Shown: positions 36,026 through 46,318, counted from the stretch's first letter. The stretch: 58,092 nt of DNA from a virus (IMGVR_UViG_3300037045_000348:1-58092); one strand, 5' to 3'. Notes: generated from the letters alone by a model not told the origin. Program-made: numbers and translations.

Positions 36026-38062
36026 ATGAGTTCCCTGTCCTGGGCCTTCAAATTCCTTGACCAGGCATCCTCGCCGGCCGCACGGATCTCGTCCAGCATC
36101 GACAAGACCACTGCGTCCCTCAACAAGGCGGACGCGGCGGCCCGAAAGGCCGAGTCGTCGATGGGCCATGCCATGAAGTCGATGGCAGCGCAGAAGACTC
36201 CACTGGCTCTGCAGTCGACGCCGAAGCAGATCGGTGGGTTCTCGCGCCTGGTGCAGCTCGCGGGGCGCCTAGGCGGCAACGAGGCCGCTGGCGGGGTACT
36301 CAAGCTGGGCAGCGCGCTCACACAGGTGGATGGGGCCCTTGGTAAGGTCGGCCTATCTCTCGGCGGGGTGGCGACGACGGCCGCCGTGGGGTTTGCCACC
36401 GGGCTTATGGCCGTTGTCGCGGCTGCCGTTGCTGCGACCATTGCTGTAGGTGTGCTTGGCGCGAAGGGGGTATACGCCTTCGCGCGATTCTCGGTGGAGG
36501 TGGGCGCGTTTCGAGAGACGACGCTCGTTACGCTGGAGGCGATGCTAAAGAGCAGCAAGGCGGCGGATGAGGTCTATGCCAGCGCCAAGAAGATGGCGGC
36601 CACCACGCCATTTGCCACCAAGGACGTGATCGAACAGTACAAGCAGCTCCTTGCCCTCGGGTTCAAACAGCAGGAGCTCGAGCGCACGTTTCGGGCAATT
36701 GGCAACTTGGCAGCCGTTCGCGGTGACCCGGCCATCATGGGCCAGCTCACGCTCGTGATGGGGCAAATCCGGGCGGCTGGCAAGCTGATGGGTGGCGAGA
36801 TCATGCAGCTGCAAAACGCCGGCCTGGGGAAGGGAGATGTCTTCGAGGCGATCGCCAAGAAGATGGGCAAGTCGATCGACGAGGTCCGCAAGATGCAAGA
36901 GGCGGGCAAGATCGACTCCGAGACGGCCCTGGACGCCATCATCACGTTGATCGAGGACAAGTACGGAACGGTGATGGCCAAGCAATCCGAGACTCTCGTC
37001 GGCTTGTGGTCAACGGTCCTGTCTCGTCCGTTCGAGCTCATGGACGCAGCGATCGAATCGGCGTCGAAAAAGGGCACCGGGCTCGCCAAGTTCTACGACA
37101 GCCTCAAGAGCGCGATTCGATGGGCTCGAGACCTTGCAATTGACGACAAGGGCGAGCTGACGGAGCGAGGCCAGCGTATCGTCGCTGTGCTCGAGCGCAT
37201 GGGCGGCATCCTCTCCGACATGTTCGGCGACTTCGACTCCACGAAGGCAACCGAAGCTTTCGACAAGATCATGATTGTTGTCGACAAGGTGATGCCTCAC
37301 CTGGAGGGCTTCGGAAAGGGTCTCAAGGAAGGGTTCTTGGCTGGGATCGGGCCGCTGATGAAGGCCCTTGACGGAATTGACGGGGAGAAGGCCACGGACG
37401 CAGAGAAGATCACGAAGGCCTTCGAGCAGCTCGGCACCGTGCTCGGGTTCGTGGCAGGCCAGACGATTGTGTGGACGGCGCTTTTCGGAAAGCTGATGGG
37501 CGACGTCGCGCTGTGGGGAGGCAAGGTGGTTGTTACCATCACCGAGTTGCCTGGATCCATCATGGCGGGACTGACCGGCATCTACGAGACGGTTGTCGGA
37601 TTCACTGGCATGATGATCGACGGTGGGATGAATCTCGTAATGGGCCTTGCGGCCGGTATCCGAGCGGGCATTTCCAGCGCAGTCTCGGCTGCCATCGAGA
37701 TGGCGATGAGCGTGGTCAACGCCACGACATCGACCCTCAAGATTCGGTCACCATCGCAGGTGATGCACAAGCTTGGCGCCCAGACCAGGCAGGGGTTCAC
37801 TGGAGGCCTCGAGGGCGACCCAGGGCGGACCCAGGATGCTGTCCTGAGCATGGTTGCGCCCCCACAGCCACGGCAACTTGCCGCGGCCGCCGGCGAGGCA
37901 TCTGCGGGGTCAGGCGGGGGCCCCAGTGGGCGCGTCATGACCGTGAACTTCCATGACGGGGCAATCCGCGTGGGAAACGGCGACCGTTCCGAGGTCAAGC
38001 GCGGGATGCTGGAGGCGTGGGAGGAGATTGCACTGGAGCTCGGGCTTCAGCCGAGCACGTAG
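36026..38062 (+). CDS. Tape measure protein
   Basis: Long Ala/Gly-rich helical protein; TTPF, GQIRAAGKLMGGE, IRSPS motifs. Confidence 0.9.
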   Translation: MSSLSWAFKFLDQASSPAARISSSIDKTTASLNKADAAARKAESSMGHAMKSMAAQKTPLALQSTPKQIGGFSRLVQLAGRLGGNEAAGGVLKLGSALTQVDGALGKVGLSLGGVATTAAVGFATGLMAVVAAAVAATIAVGVLGAKGVYAFARFSVEVGAFRETTLVTLEAMLKSSKAADEVYASAKKMAATTPFATKDVIEQYKQLLALGFKQQELERTFRAIGNLAAVRGDPAIMGQLTLVMGQIRAAGKLMGGEIMQLQNAGLGKGDVFEAIAKKMGKSIDEVRKMQEAGKIDSETALDAIITLIEDKYGTVMAKQSETLVGLWSTVLSRPFELMDAAIESASKKGTGLAKFYDSLKSAIRWARDLAIDDKGELTERGQRIVAVLERMGGILSDMFGDFDSTKATEAFDKIMIVVDKVMPHLEGFGKGLKEGFLAGIGPLMKALDGIDGEKATDAEKITKAFEQLGTVLGFVAGQTIVWTALFGKLMGDVALWGGKVVVTITELPGSIMAGLTGIYETVVGFTGMMIDGGMNLVMGLAAGIRAGISSAVSAAIEMAMSVVNATTSTLKIRSPSQVMHKLGAQTRQGFTGGLEGDPGRTQDAVLSMVAPPQPRQLAAAAGEASAGSGGGPSGRVMTVNFHDGAIRVGNGDRSEVKRGMLEAWEEIALELGLQPST

Positions 38063-38584
38063 TCACGGTTTGAGGCTGTCTGTTCCGACCCAACCGGACC
38101 GACCGAAGTGCTGTCCCGATTGGATTCGAATCTCGGCCTTCTCGAACCCGCGGCCGATCACACGAACCGGCGTGCCGTCGTCCACGCTGAAAGCAATCTG
38201 CGATGCGAAGCCGAGCACGTCCTTGCGAGCGGCGGCCTTCGTCGCCTTGGACATCGCATCCTCGCTCCCAAAGACAGGGACCGCTCGATCGCTGCCTATT
38301 GTGCGCAGGTAGCAGTTGTCTCCGGTGAAACACGCCGGCTTGGGGGCGGGCTTCGTCGTTGCCGCAGGAGCTGAAGCTCGGCTCTTCTTGGAATCGGCGG
38401 CCGCGCCGATGCACACCAGCCCCCCGCAGAAAAGAAGAGCAACGACGGGGGTTCCGATGAGTGCGGCAATGAGCCAGGTCGGAGCCCCCGGCTTCGGTTG
38501 CGGCGGCTGCCACTGTGGTGGTTGTGGCTGCCACTGTGGTGGTTGTGGCTGCCATTGCGGCGGCTGCTGCCATTGCTGATTCAT
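38063..38584 (-). CDS. Moron-like membrane protein with WQPQPPQ repeats
   Basis: Exactly fills the gap between tail genes on the opposite strand; 21-nt repeats, one TM helix, SH3-like C-terminus. Confidence 0.7.
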   Translation of the reverse strand: MNQQWQQPPQWQPQPPQWQPQPPQWQPPQPKPGAPTWLIAALIGTPVVALLFCGGLVCIGAAADSKKSRASAPAATTKPAPKPACFTGDNCYLRTIGSDRAVPVFGSEDAMSKATKAAARKDVLGFASQIAFSVDDGTPVRVIGRGFEKAEIRIQSGQHFGRSGWVGTDSLKP

Positions 38585-38623
38585 GTCCAGACTTTCGCAG
38601 ATAATGGAACCACGCGCAACCCA

Positions 38624-39412
38624 ATGACCACCGAGAACGACACCTTCGGCCCTTGGACTCCCCCAGGGGGAAGCGGTCGCCCTCCAGATGACGGGGCAAC
38701 TGCGTCAGAAGGGGAGCCGACGACGCCCGCCATCGTGGACGCGGCTCCGTTCTGGTCTACTTCGGGGGGCATCCTCGACCTCGGCAACCGCACGGAATGG
38801 GAGAGGTGCCAGCTCGGCGCCATCGAGCTCCCAGGGCTCGTGCACGTGAACATCTCGAAGCCAGCGGAGCGGAAGGTCGACGTCAAGAGCCCAGACGGCA
38901 AGACCAAGGCGAAGGTCACCGTCAAGGGCTGGGAACCCGCGGAAGTCCAGATCCAGCTACTGATGTGGACACCGGCCCAGTGGGCCGAGTGGCGCAAGAT
39001 CAGGCCCCAGCTTCGGGACCCGACCGACAAGAAAGAGTCGGACCCGTTCGAGATCGAGCACCCGGTGACGTACGACAGCGGCATCTCAGCGGTGATCATC
39101 AAGAACATCGGCGGCCTCGAGAACGGGACCACCCGAGGCACGAAGACCGTCAAGATCTCTGCGATCGAATGGACGGCGGAGGCGAAGAACACCGGGACTG
39201 GCACGCCAAAGGGCGCGAAGTCCTCCGGCTCCGCGAGCAGTTCCGCAGACCGGAAATCCGTCGAACAGGAATGGCTCGCCATGGTGGCGGCTGGTTCCCC
39301 GGTCTCGTGGGAAGAACTCGCGCGAGCCAACGGCATTGATCCCCCAGGGCCACCTCCGCCCGTCCCACCTGAGTCCGACTACAACAACCCCAACTACTGG
39401 GATGATGACTGA
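38624..39412 (+). CDS. Putative tail tube initiator / baseplate protein
   Basis: Position after the tape measure gene; LPGLV, FEIEHP. Confidence 0.55.
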   Translation: MTTENDTFGPWTPPGGSGRPPDDGATASEGEPTTPAIVDAAPFWSTSGGILDLGNRTEWERCQLGAIELPGLVHVNISKPAERKVDVKSPDGKTKAKVTVKGWEPAEVQIQLLMWTPAQWAEWRKIRPQLRDPTDKKESDPFEIEHPVTYDSGISAVIIKNIGGLENGTTRGTKTVKISAIEWTAEAKNTGTGTPKGAKSSGSASSSADRKSVEQEWLAMVAAGSPVSWEELARANGIDPPGPPPPVPPESDYNNPNYWDDD

Positions 39413-40044
39413 TGCCAGGAGCCCTCAACGGCATCGACGTCCTCGCAGCGACGATTATCCTGCCCAGAATTGGTGTGTGGTGGGCGGATGTGGAGTTGGA
39501 TACGGATGATGCGCTCGCCGGCGCCGCCATCCTCGAGTACGCATGGTCGCTGGCGGGGACCGTGGCCGACGGTGGCCAGTCGGTGCACGGGAGGAACCCC
39601 GTGCGAGTCGTCGGGGGACGAGGACGACTGGGTGACGATGCGCCGGCAAAGACGTTCCGCGGCGTCCCGATCCGGCTTCCCATCGTCGACACGGTCGAAG
39701 GGGCCGGCGAGGTGGTGTCGGCGACTGCGACCTGGGGCCTGTCCATGGTCCTCGCGCACTGGATTCGGACCCGTCGGCAGGCCGCCCAGGCGGTGATGAT
39801 GCTCGCCCGCAAGGGAGGTTTCGCCTGGCGATTCTTGCCCGATGGGACCTTCTGGTTCGGCGAGGAGACATGGCCCGAGGCCGACATCGAGCACGAAGTC
39901 ATGGAGGAGCTACCCAGGGAGAACGCTGTGCTCATCGCCACTGATGAGCTGCTACTTCCGGGTACGACGCTGCTCGGCCAGAGGGTCGGGCGCGTGCAGA
40001 TGCGACCGCACGAGTCGAGGACGACGGTGTGGTTCGAGAGATGA
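39412..40044 (+). CDS. Putative baseplate hub protein
   Basis: Position; WRFLPDGTFWFG. Confidence 0.55.
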   Translation: MPGALNGIDVLAATIILPRIGVWWADVELDTDDALAGAAILEYAWSLAGTVADGGQSVHGRNPVRVVGGRGRLGDDAPAKTFRGVPIRLPIVDTVEGAGEVVSATATWGLSMVLAHWIRTRRQAAQAVMMLARKGGFAWRFLPDGTFWFGEETWPEADIEHEVMEELPRENAVLIATDELLLPGTTLLGQRVGRVQMRPHESRTTVWFER

Positions 40045-40109
40045 AATCGACGAAATCGACATGACCACTGTCCCAAAACGACCCCCGATCCAACACGCAC
40101 AGGTGAGAA

Positions 40110-40571
40110 GTGCTTGATCGGTTCAAGGCCGCGCTCGAATGGGTGGTCGAGTCAATCGTTGGTGCTCGGCTCGACTACCTGGCACGGTACCCGGCGAGAG
40201 TTGTTTCGCAGGACGGCTCCGGCAAGCTCGAGCTTCTACCCGATGACCCGAGGATTCCCGGCATCCCTGGGGTGCCGATACGAGTGGGAGTGCCGGGCCT
40301 CAAGCTCACCGTGCCCCCCGGGGCAAGGGTGCTGCTTGCCTTTGAGGGCAACGGCGACCCGTCTCGCCCGATAGCTGAACTATGGGAGTCCGGGACGCCG
40401 CTGACCGTCACGTTCGAGGCAGCGCAGAACATCACCATCACATCGCCGGTCGCGCTCGACCTTGGAGAAGCTCCGAGGATGGGTGTTGCAAGACAAGGAG
40501 ACCCCGTGCAGGCGGGGCCGTGGCCGGGCGTCATCACCGCGGGCAGCGCTCGCGTGAAAGCGGGGCTGTGA
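40110..40571 (+). CDS. Baseplate spike (gpV-like)
   Basis: YPARVV..., RVLLAFEGNGDPSRP, VARQGDPV, GVITAGS. Confidence 0.7.
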   Translation: MLDRFKAALEWVVESIVGARLDYLARYPARVVSQDGSGKLELLPDDPRIPGIPGVPIRVGVPGLKLTVPPGARVLLAFEGNGDPSRPIAELWESGTPLTVTFEAAQNITITSPVALDLGEAPRMGVARQGDPVQAGPWPGVITAGSARVKAGL

Positions 40572-40810
40572 TGGCAATGTCGGCAGTTGCGCTCAAGGCG
40601 GCCCTCAAGGCCGCGTTGATTGAGAAGACGGGGGCGACGGACAACGACGCGACAGACAAGCTGGCGGAGGTCATTGCAGACACGATGGTCGAGCACATCA
40701 CAGTATTCGCGGAAGTCACGGTCGCCGCGGGCATTCCCGTCGCCACTGCGGGCACAGCGGCAGCGCAAACCGGGGCGACAACGGCCCCGGGGACAGGGAC
40801 GTTGTTGTGA
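40571..40810 (+). CDS. Small baseplate-associated protein
   Basis: Coupled to the spike gene. Confidence 0.55.
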   Translation: MAMSAVALKAALKAALIEKTGATDNDATDKLAEVIADTMVEHITVFAEVTVAAGIPVATAGTAAAQTGATTAPGTGTLL

Positions 40811-40843
40811 ATTCTCTCGAGCTTATCGACTCGGTGATGTGAC

Positions 40844-41776
40844 ATGACACGGTTGGCAAAGAGCAAGTCGTGGAACTTCTCGCTCAACAATCGTTGTGTC
40901 GGGGCTAACGCAAATGAGTCTTGCAAGATCGCAATGCTCTTGCAGAAGAACACTCTTGTTTCGTGGGGGTGGACTGTAGTTCGAAGCTGCGACAAGACCA
41001 ACATCGCAGACGCGGATCTGTGGAACACAATCGCAGATGTGAACTGGGGTTATAGTACGGGGGTTCGCTCCTGGACTGTTCTTCAACATCCCCTGCATAC
41101 CATGCAAATCTGCTTCTTCTTGACAAGTTACTCTTCCAACAATTCTCACAAGTGGCAAAGCATCTACCTGTCGTGGTCAGGGGACTTTTCAGGTGGAGCG
41201 ACAAATTCGGCGCCTACGGCAGGGGATAGGATCACACTTCTTGAGGGTGGATTCACGAACGATTCCGCCGTTCCCGTTGTGCTTCACATGATGCAGTCGA
41301 CAGATCAATCCTGCACAAGGCTCCTCAGGTTGGCGAGTAACAAGGTTGAAAACGCCATGTTCTTCGAGACGTTGGCCGACACTCGGGCCGAGATCCCGAA
41401 GGGAATCTTGTTCGTTGCGGGAGGGTTGTCCGACGGATACACGTACGCAAACTTCCAACGGATTAGCAAGTTCCGGGGCCTGTTCAACGGAGCAGACGAC
41501 TCGGCCATCCGGCTTGCTAGCTTAGGCGTGAGCGCTGTTGGGTTGGGAGAGACGTGGAACACGCTGAATCGCTACAACGTGATACCTTACTGCGAAATCT
41601 ACCCTTACACACTCACGCACAAGGTTATTCTGGGAAAGATGCAGGACCTTTGGTTTGGCCCAACCCTCTCAGCGAACAACGGAACACCATACCCAAGTGC
41701 GACTGAGGCAAATCAGTTTGCTCAATTCAACCACTTCGTCTTTCCTTGGGATGGATCAATCCCGGTGATTGCATAG
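40844..41776 (+). CDS. Putative receptor-binding/tail fibre protein, paralog 1
   Basis: Baseplate context; visibly lower GC; paralogous to the next gene. Confidence 0.6.
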   Translation: MTRLAKSKSWNFSLNNRCVGANANESCKIAMLLQKNTLVSWGWTVVRSCDKTNIADADLWNTIADVNWGYSTGVRSWTVLQHPLHTMQICFFLTSYSSNNSHKWQSIYLSWSGDFSGGATNSAPTAGDRITLLEGGFTNDSAVPVVLHMMQSTDQSCTRLLRLASNKVENAMFFETLADTRAEIPKGILFVAGGLSDGYTYANFQRISKFRGLFNGADDSAIRLASLGVSAVGLGETWNTLNRYNVIPYCEIYPYTLTHKVILGKMQDLWFGPTLSANNGTPYPSATEANQFAQFNHFVFPWDGSIPVIA

Positions 41777-41783
41777 GCTCCCA

Positions 41784-42722
41784 ATGCCCAGATTAGCGAA
41801 GAGCAAGTCGTGGAACTTCTCGCTCAACAATCGGATTGTTGGGGCTAACGCAAATGAGTCTTGCAAGATCGCAATGCTCTTGCAGAAGAACACTCTTGTT
41901 TCGTGGGGGTGGACTGTAGTTCGAAGCTGCGACAAGACCAACATCGCAGACGCGGACACGTGGGGTACGATTGCAGACGTGAATTGGGCAAGTTCCGCGG
42001 GGGTGCCCAGGTCGTGGACTATTCTTCAACACCCACTTTACAGCATGCAACTCTGCTTCTTCTTGACGTCGTACTACTACAACGGTTCTCACAAGTATTT
42101 CTACGTTTACATGTCGCGGTCAGGGGACTTTTCGGGCGGAACAACATCCACCCCTCCTACTGCTTCGGATAGAGTCACAATTGTCGATGGTGTTAGCGCA
42201 TTCACAAGCGATACCGTTACTCCCGTCGTGCTTCACATGATGCAATCGACAGATCAGTCTTGTACAAGGCTTCTCAGGCTGGCAGATAACAAGGTTGGAA
42301 ACATCATGTTCTTCGAAGCACTGGCTGGGTCAAAGCCGGAGTTGTCCCAGGGGATCTTGTATGCAAACCCGGCATTGTCTGACGGATTTACACACGCAAA
42401 CTTCCAACGGACGAGTAAGTTTCAAGGTTCGTTCGATGGAGTTGAGGACTCGGCCATCCGGCTTGCTAGCTTAGGCGTGAGCGCTGTTGGGTTGGGAGAG
42501 ACGTGGAACACTGCTAACTACGACGGTCTTCTTCCGAGTCTTGAAATCTACCCGTACTCTCTCACACACGAGACCGTCTTGGGAAAGATGCAAGACCTCT
42601 GGTTCGGCCCGAGCGGTCTTAGCAATGGAAATACGTACCCGAGTGAAACCGAGGAGAAGCAGTTTGCTCAGTTCAACCACTTCATTTTCCCTTGGGACGG
42701 GTCTGATCCCCTAATAACGTAA
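41784..42722 (+). CDS. Putative receptor-binding/tail fibre protein, paralog 2
   Basis: Colinear with 40844..41776 and shares identical DNA blocks with it. Confidence 0.6.
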   Translation: MPRLAKSKSWNFSLNNRIVGANANESCKIAMLLQKNTLVSWGWTVVRSCDKTNIADADTWGTIADVNWASSAGVPRSWTILQHPLYSMQLCFFLTSYYYNGSHKYFYVYMSRSGDFSGGTTSTPPTASDRVTIVDGVSAFTSDTVTPVVLHMMQSTDQSCTRLLRLADNKVGNIMFFEALAGSKPELSQGILYANPALSDGFTHANFQRTSKFQGSFDGVEDSAIRLASLGVSAVGLGETWNTANYDGLLPSLEIYPYSLTHETVLGKMQDLWFGPSGLSNGNTYPSETEEKQFAQFNHFIFPWDGSDPLIT

Positions 42723-43447
42723 TGGCAGAACTCGAAAACACTACAGTCCCAGAGCTCCTAGTGTTCGAGGCATCGCCTTACGAGACGGTAGGGTTTGTTG
42801 ATACATCTCCACCGACCTTCGCAGGAATCACCAGAGCGTCTGAGTCCGGTGGTATCGTTACCCTGGCATGGAACGCAGCTACGGATGATGTGACTGCTAC
42901 GGACGCCATCGAGTACGAAGTCCATGTCTCGACAGAGCCCGGCGATACGTGGACGACACGTGCGGTTGTGTCGGCTGCTGACGTTCTTCCCGTCAATTGG
43001 CAGATGATCGAGGGGCCGATCGAGTGCTCGTTCGATCTCGAGAACCTTGCGCCCGGGAAGACGTACTGCTTCCGTGTCAGGGCCCGGGACGCCGCCGGCA
43101 ATGTAGATGGGAACACCGAGGAGGCGAGCGCCATCGTCACGGCCGACGAGACGGCCCCCTCCATCAGCGACATCTCTCCCGTGCCAGGAACACCGATTCG
43201 CCCGACGGACACCGTCAGCTTCAACGTGACCGACAACGTCGACCTTCGACATGTAGAAATCCGTGTCGCGCAGAGAGACGTGGTGGAGACCGTGTTCAAC
43301 GGCACAGCATTCGTCGGGCGCTACACCGGTTCGGCCCGAGTCGCCATCGCCGGGGGGCATCGCTTCACAGTCCTGCGATCTGGTGGATGGGCCTCCTCCC
43401 CAACCTTCAGCGTTGACGCCATCGACAGCTCAGGAAACAAGGCATGA
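42722..43447 (+). CDS. Fibronectin-III/Ig-like domain virion protein
   Basis: TLAWNAATDD...LAPGKTYCFRVRARDAAGN. Confidence 0.75.
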   Translation: MAELENTTVPELLVFEASPYETVGFVDTSPPTFAGITRASESGGIVTLAWNAATDDVTATDAIEYEVHVSTEPGDTWTTRAVVSAADVLPVNWQMIEGPIECSFDLENLAPGKTYCFRVRARDAAGNVDGNTEEASAIVTADETAPSISDISPVPGTPIRPTDTVSFNVTDNVDLRHVEIRVAQRDVVETVFNGTAFVGRYTGSARVAIAGGHRFTVLRSGGWASSPTFSVDAIDSSGNKA

Positions 43448-43896
43448 GCGAGTTCACCTTTCCGCTGGCTCCGTCGCCGCAGAACCCTGCGACCAGGGCG
43501 TCCGTTGCGGACTCGGATCTGGGCGTGGACATCATGTGCGAGGAGGACCTTGACCCGCAGCTGCGCCTCGTCGGGGGCGTGCGAAACGTTGCGTGGGCCC
43601 TCGCCTGGAGAATCCGTACACCGCGCGGCGAGCTGTTCTACTCTCCCGACTACGGACGGGGGCTCGTGGGCTACTGCCACGACGAGGTTGACAGGCAGAC
43701 GCTTCACGCGTGCAGGTCTGGTCTGGAGTCCGAGGCGCTGAAGGACGACCGAGTCAGGACGGCGTCTTCCTCCGTGCGCTGGACGCCAGCAACGCGGACG
43801 CTGTCCACCTCCCTCGTCTGCCACAGCGCAGCAGGCCCGTTCCGGCTCATCGGCGAGGTTTCCAGGGCAGCAACCATCATCCGGGTGCAGACATGA
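43444..43896 (+). CDS. Baseplate wedge gp25/W-like protein
   Basis: RIRTPRGELFYSPDYG...DDRV. Confidence 0.7.
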   Translation: MSEFTFPLAPSPQNPATRASVADSDLGVDIMCEEDLDPQLRLVGGVRNVAWALAWRIRTPRGELFYSPDYGRGLVGYCHDEVDRQTLHACRSGLESEALKDDRVRTASSSVRWTPATRTLSTSLVCHSAAGPFRLIGEVSRAATIIRVQT

Positions 43897-45014
43897 CGGT
43901 CACGCTTCAGTCGCTCATCGCCACCTCCACGAACGTGCAGGCGAGGGAGCGCCTACTCCAGCGCCTCACGGACGCCGGATTTCCGGTGACGGACTGGCAC
44001 GATGGAGGCACGGCCCGCACCCTGATCGAGATGGATGCGGAGGAGTCCGCCATGTACTCCACCAGTCAGGTGGAGGTGGCGAAGGCCGGTTTTCTGTCGA
44101 CCGCGACGCTCGACTGGTTGACCCTATACGCGAAGGAGGTCTACGGCCTCACTCGGTACCCTGCGGGGTACACGGAGGGACCGGAGCTTCTGACCTGCGC
44201 GCCGGGAGAGGGACCCTTCACCATCCTGCCCGGGCAGCTCTGGTTCACGGATGGACTGCGGCGGTTCACGAACATCGACGGCGGCACTCTGGCGAGCGGG
44301 TCCACGCTGACCATCACCCTGCGCGCGGAGTCCCCAGGAGCGGACTACAACGTTCCGGTCGGCACCATCACCACGATGCTGACCCCTCTCGTCGGCGTCA
44401 CCGCGACCAACATCGACAACGGGACGGGAACCTGGCCCAGCACGCAGGGGACCGACGAGGAGTCCGACCCTCTGCTCAAGCAGCGGTGCCGGTCCAGGTG
44501 GGCTGTCCTCGGGCTTGGCGCGAACGGCGACTGGTACGTGTACTACTGCCGAAACGAACACCCGTATGCCGCCCAGGTGACGCGCGTGCTCGTCGAGACG
44601 GACCCGCTCGGCAGTGGGGCTGTGATCGTCACCATCGCGGGCCCGGATGGGGCGCTTTCGAACACGGTGGTATCCGTCATCGAGAGCGCCATCCTGGCGA
44701 AGAAACCGCTCACCGTCTCCTTGACGGTGCAGAGCGCGACCAACGAGGTTATCGACCTCGAGGGCACGATCTACGCCTACGCGGGATATGGCAGCGTGGC
44801 TAAGGCCACCGCGTTGACCGAGCTCGCCACGTACATCCGCAGCCGCGGGATCGAGGACACGGCCTACCTCTCGCAGATCGTCGATGCGCTTCAATACGAC
44901 ACGAACCAGGTCCGGAACGCCGTGCTGTTCAGTCCCTCGGCAGACGTCGTCCCCGGCGCTCGTGCGGTGCCCGTCATCGGCGCGAGTGACTTGCTCCTGG
45001 TGGAAGAGGTCTGA
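43893..45014 (+). CDS. Baseplate J-like protein
   Basis: TATLDWL..YGLTR, AESPGADYN, GTDEESD. Confidence 0.85.
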   Translation: MTVTLQSLIATSTNVQARERLLQRLTDAGFPVTDWHDGGTARTLIEMDAEESAMYSTSQVEVAKAGFLSTATLDWLTLYAKEVYGLTRYPAGYTEGPELLTCAPGEGPFTILPGQLWFTDGLRRFTNIDGGTLASGSTLTITLRAESPGADYNVPVGTITTMLTPLVGVTATNIDNGTGTWPSTQGTDEESDPLLKQRCRSRWAVLGLGANGDWYVYYCRNEHPYAAQVTRVLVETDPLGSGAVIVTIAGPDGALSNTVVSVIESAILAKKPLTVSLTVQSATNEVIDLEGTIYAYAGYGSVAKATALTELATYIRSRGIEDTAYLSQIVDALQYDTNQVRNAVLFSPSADVVPGARAVPVIGASDLLLVEEV

Positions 45015-45796
45015 TGAGCACCTTCGTCCAGTACGCGACCGAAGTGCTCAGCCCTCCGCGGCTTCGGGGAGCGTGGGGGACGAAGTGGGTCACTGCGTTC
45101 GCCGCCGAGTACGACTGGCTCAAGAAGCGCCTGACGCAGAGCGTGCTCGTCCGATACCCGCGCTTCGCCCCGGACGACGGCCTGGTTCTGCTCGGGTGGG
45201 AGCGGCAAATCGAAAAGGCCCCTGGGGAGACCTCCGAAAGCTACGCCACGCGCATCGGAGCGGCGTGGGAGACGTGGGAATGGAGCGGCACGGGCCCGGG
45301 CGTGCTGGCGGGTCTCGCGTCGTGCGGCGTGCCGTCCCCGGCCTGGGGACGGTCCACCGAATGGCCCACGGGGTGGCTCGAAGACGGGCTCGCGTGGCTC
45401 CTGCCCCTCAGGGCGATGGGACAGGTCCCAAGCGGAACGCGCGACCAGTTTGCGCGGTTCTGGGTCGTGATTGACTACTACGCGATGACCGGCGGGCGCG
45501 TCACGGCTCCGCTCCGCGGCGAGCAGGGCTTCTATCGCGGCAAGTGGGGGGCGCGCGGCATGCTGGAAGAAAGCATGCCTCAGGGCCAGTGGCGGGCGAT
45601 CAAGCGGTCCATCCGGAAGTGGCGGGGCCAGGGTGAGACGTGCCCGTATGTCGTCTTCTGCTCGTCAGAAAACGGCGTAGCAGATCTCCGGGCCCCACTG
45701 TGGCGCAGAGGCACAGGAACCATTCGAGGCAGCAGCGCACGCCTCCCCGGTGCCATCCGCGGATTCGTAGGGGAAGAAGGGTACAAGGTCCAATGA
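45014..45796 (+). CDS. Baseplate/tail protein (P2 I-like)
   Basis: Follows J; LVLLGWERQI...ESYATRI. Confidence 0.65.
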   Translation: MSTFVQYATEVLSPPRLRGAWGTKWVTAFAAEYDWLKKRLTQSVLVRYPRFAPDDGLVLLGWERQIEKAPGETSESYATRIGAAWETWEWSGTGPGVLAGLASCGVPSPAWGRSTEWPTGWLEDGLAWLLPLRAMGQVPSGTRDQFARFWVVIDYYAMTGGRVTAPLRGEQGFYRGKWGARGMLEESMPQGQWRAIKRSIRKWRGQGETCPYVVFCSSENGVADLRAPLWRRGTGTIRGSSARLPGAIRGFVGEEGYKVQ

Positions 45797-46311
45797 GAGT
45801 GCTCGACGAAATCGAGGAGTGGTGCGGTGTTGTCGTCTACGCACCAGGAGAAGACCCGTACGGGCCCTTCGTCGTCGACGGTCCGGTGTCGGACCTCATG
45901 CGACGGACGGCCTACCTCAAGGCGCGCCTGTCAGGGTCGTACCTCTGGCTTCCGTATCTACTCGCAGCAGGCGAGGTGGTCGAGGTCGGAGACGTGGTGT
46001 GCATGGGGGCCAGCAACGACGAGCAGATCAAAAAGGCGGTCGCCGCCGCGTTCACCCAGGCCGGCGTCGCTCTCGGGATCGTCGTCGGAGAGCCCAACAA
46101 CGGCTACGCTCCCGTGGCCATCTCGGGCCTGGTACCAGCCTCCATCACCGGACTGGGGTCGGGCACCGCCGGCGAACTCGTGTGCGTCGACAAGACGACC
46201 GCCAGGGCCATGCGCGGATACGACGGGGCCGGTGTGCAGTTCGTCTTGGGGCGCGCCAACCTCGGCGGGACATTGCAGCTGAATCCGGACCAAACCTACA
46301 TCGCAGCGTGA
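45793..46311 (+). CDS. Tail fibre-associated protein
   Basis: RRTAYLK motif; position. Confidence 0.5.
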   Translation: MRVLDEIEEWCGVVVYAPGEDPYGPFVVDGPVSDLMRRTAYLKARLSGSYLWLPYLLAAGEVVEVGDVVCMGASNDEQIKKAVAAAFTQAGVALGIVVGEPNNGYAPVAISGLVPASITGLGSGTAGELVCVDKTTARAMRGYDGAGVQFVLGRANLGGTLQLNPDQTYIAA

Positions 46312-46318
46312 GGAAACC

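Noticed and set aside
40844-42722. Diversity-generating retroelement TR/VR pair
   Set aside because: The differences I compared between the paralogs are not adenine-specific, both copies are full genes, and no reverse transcriptase is present in the window
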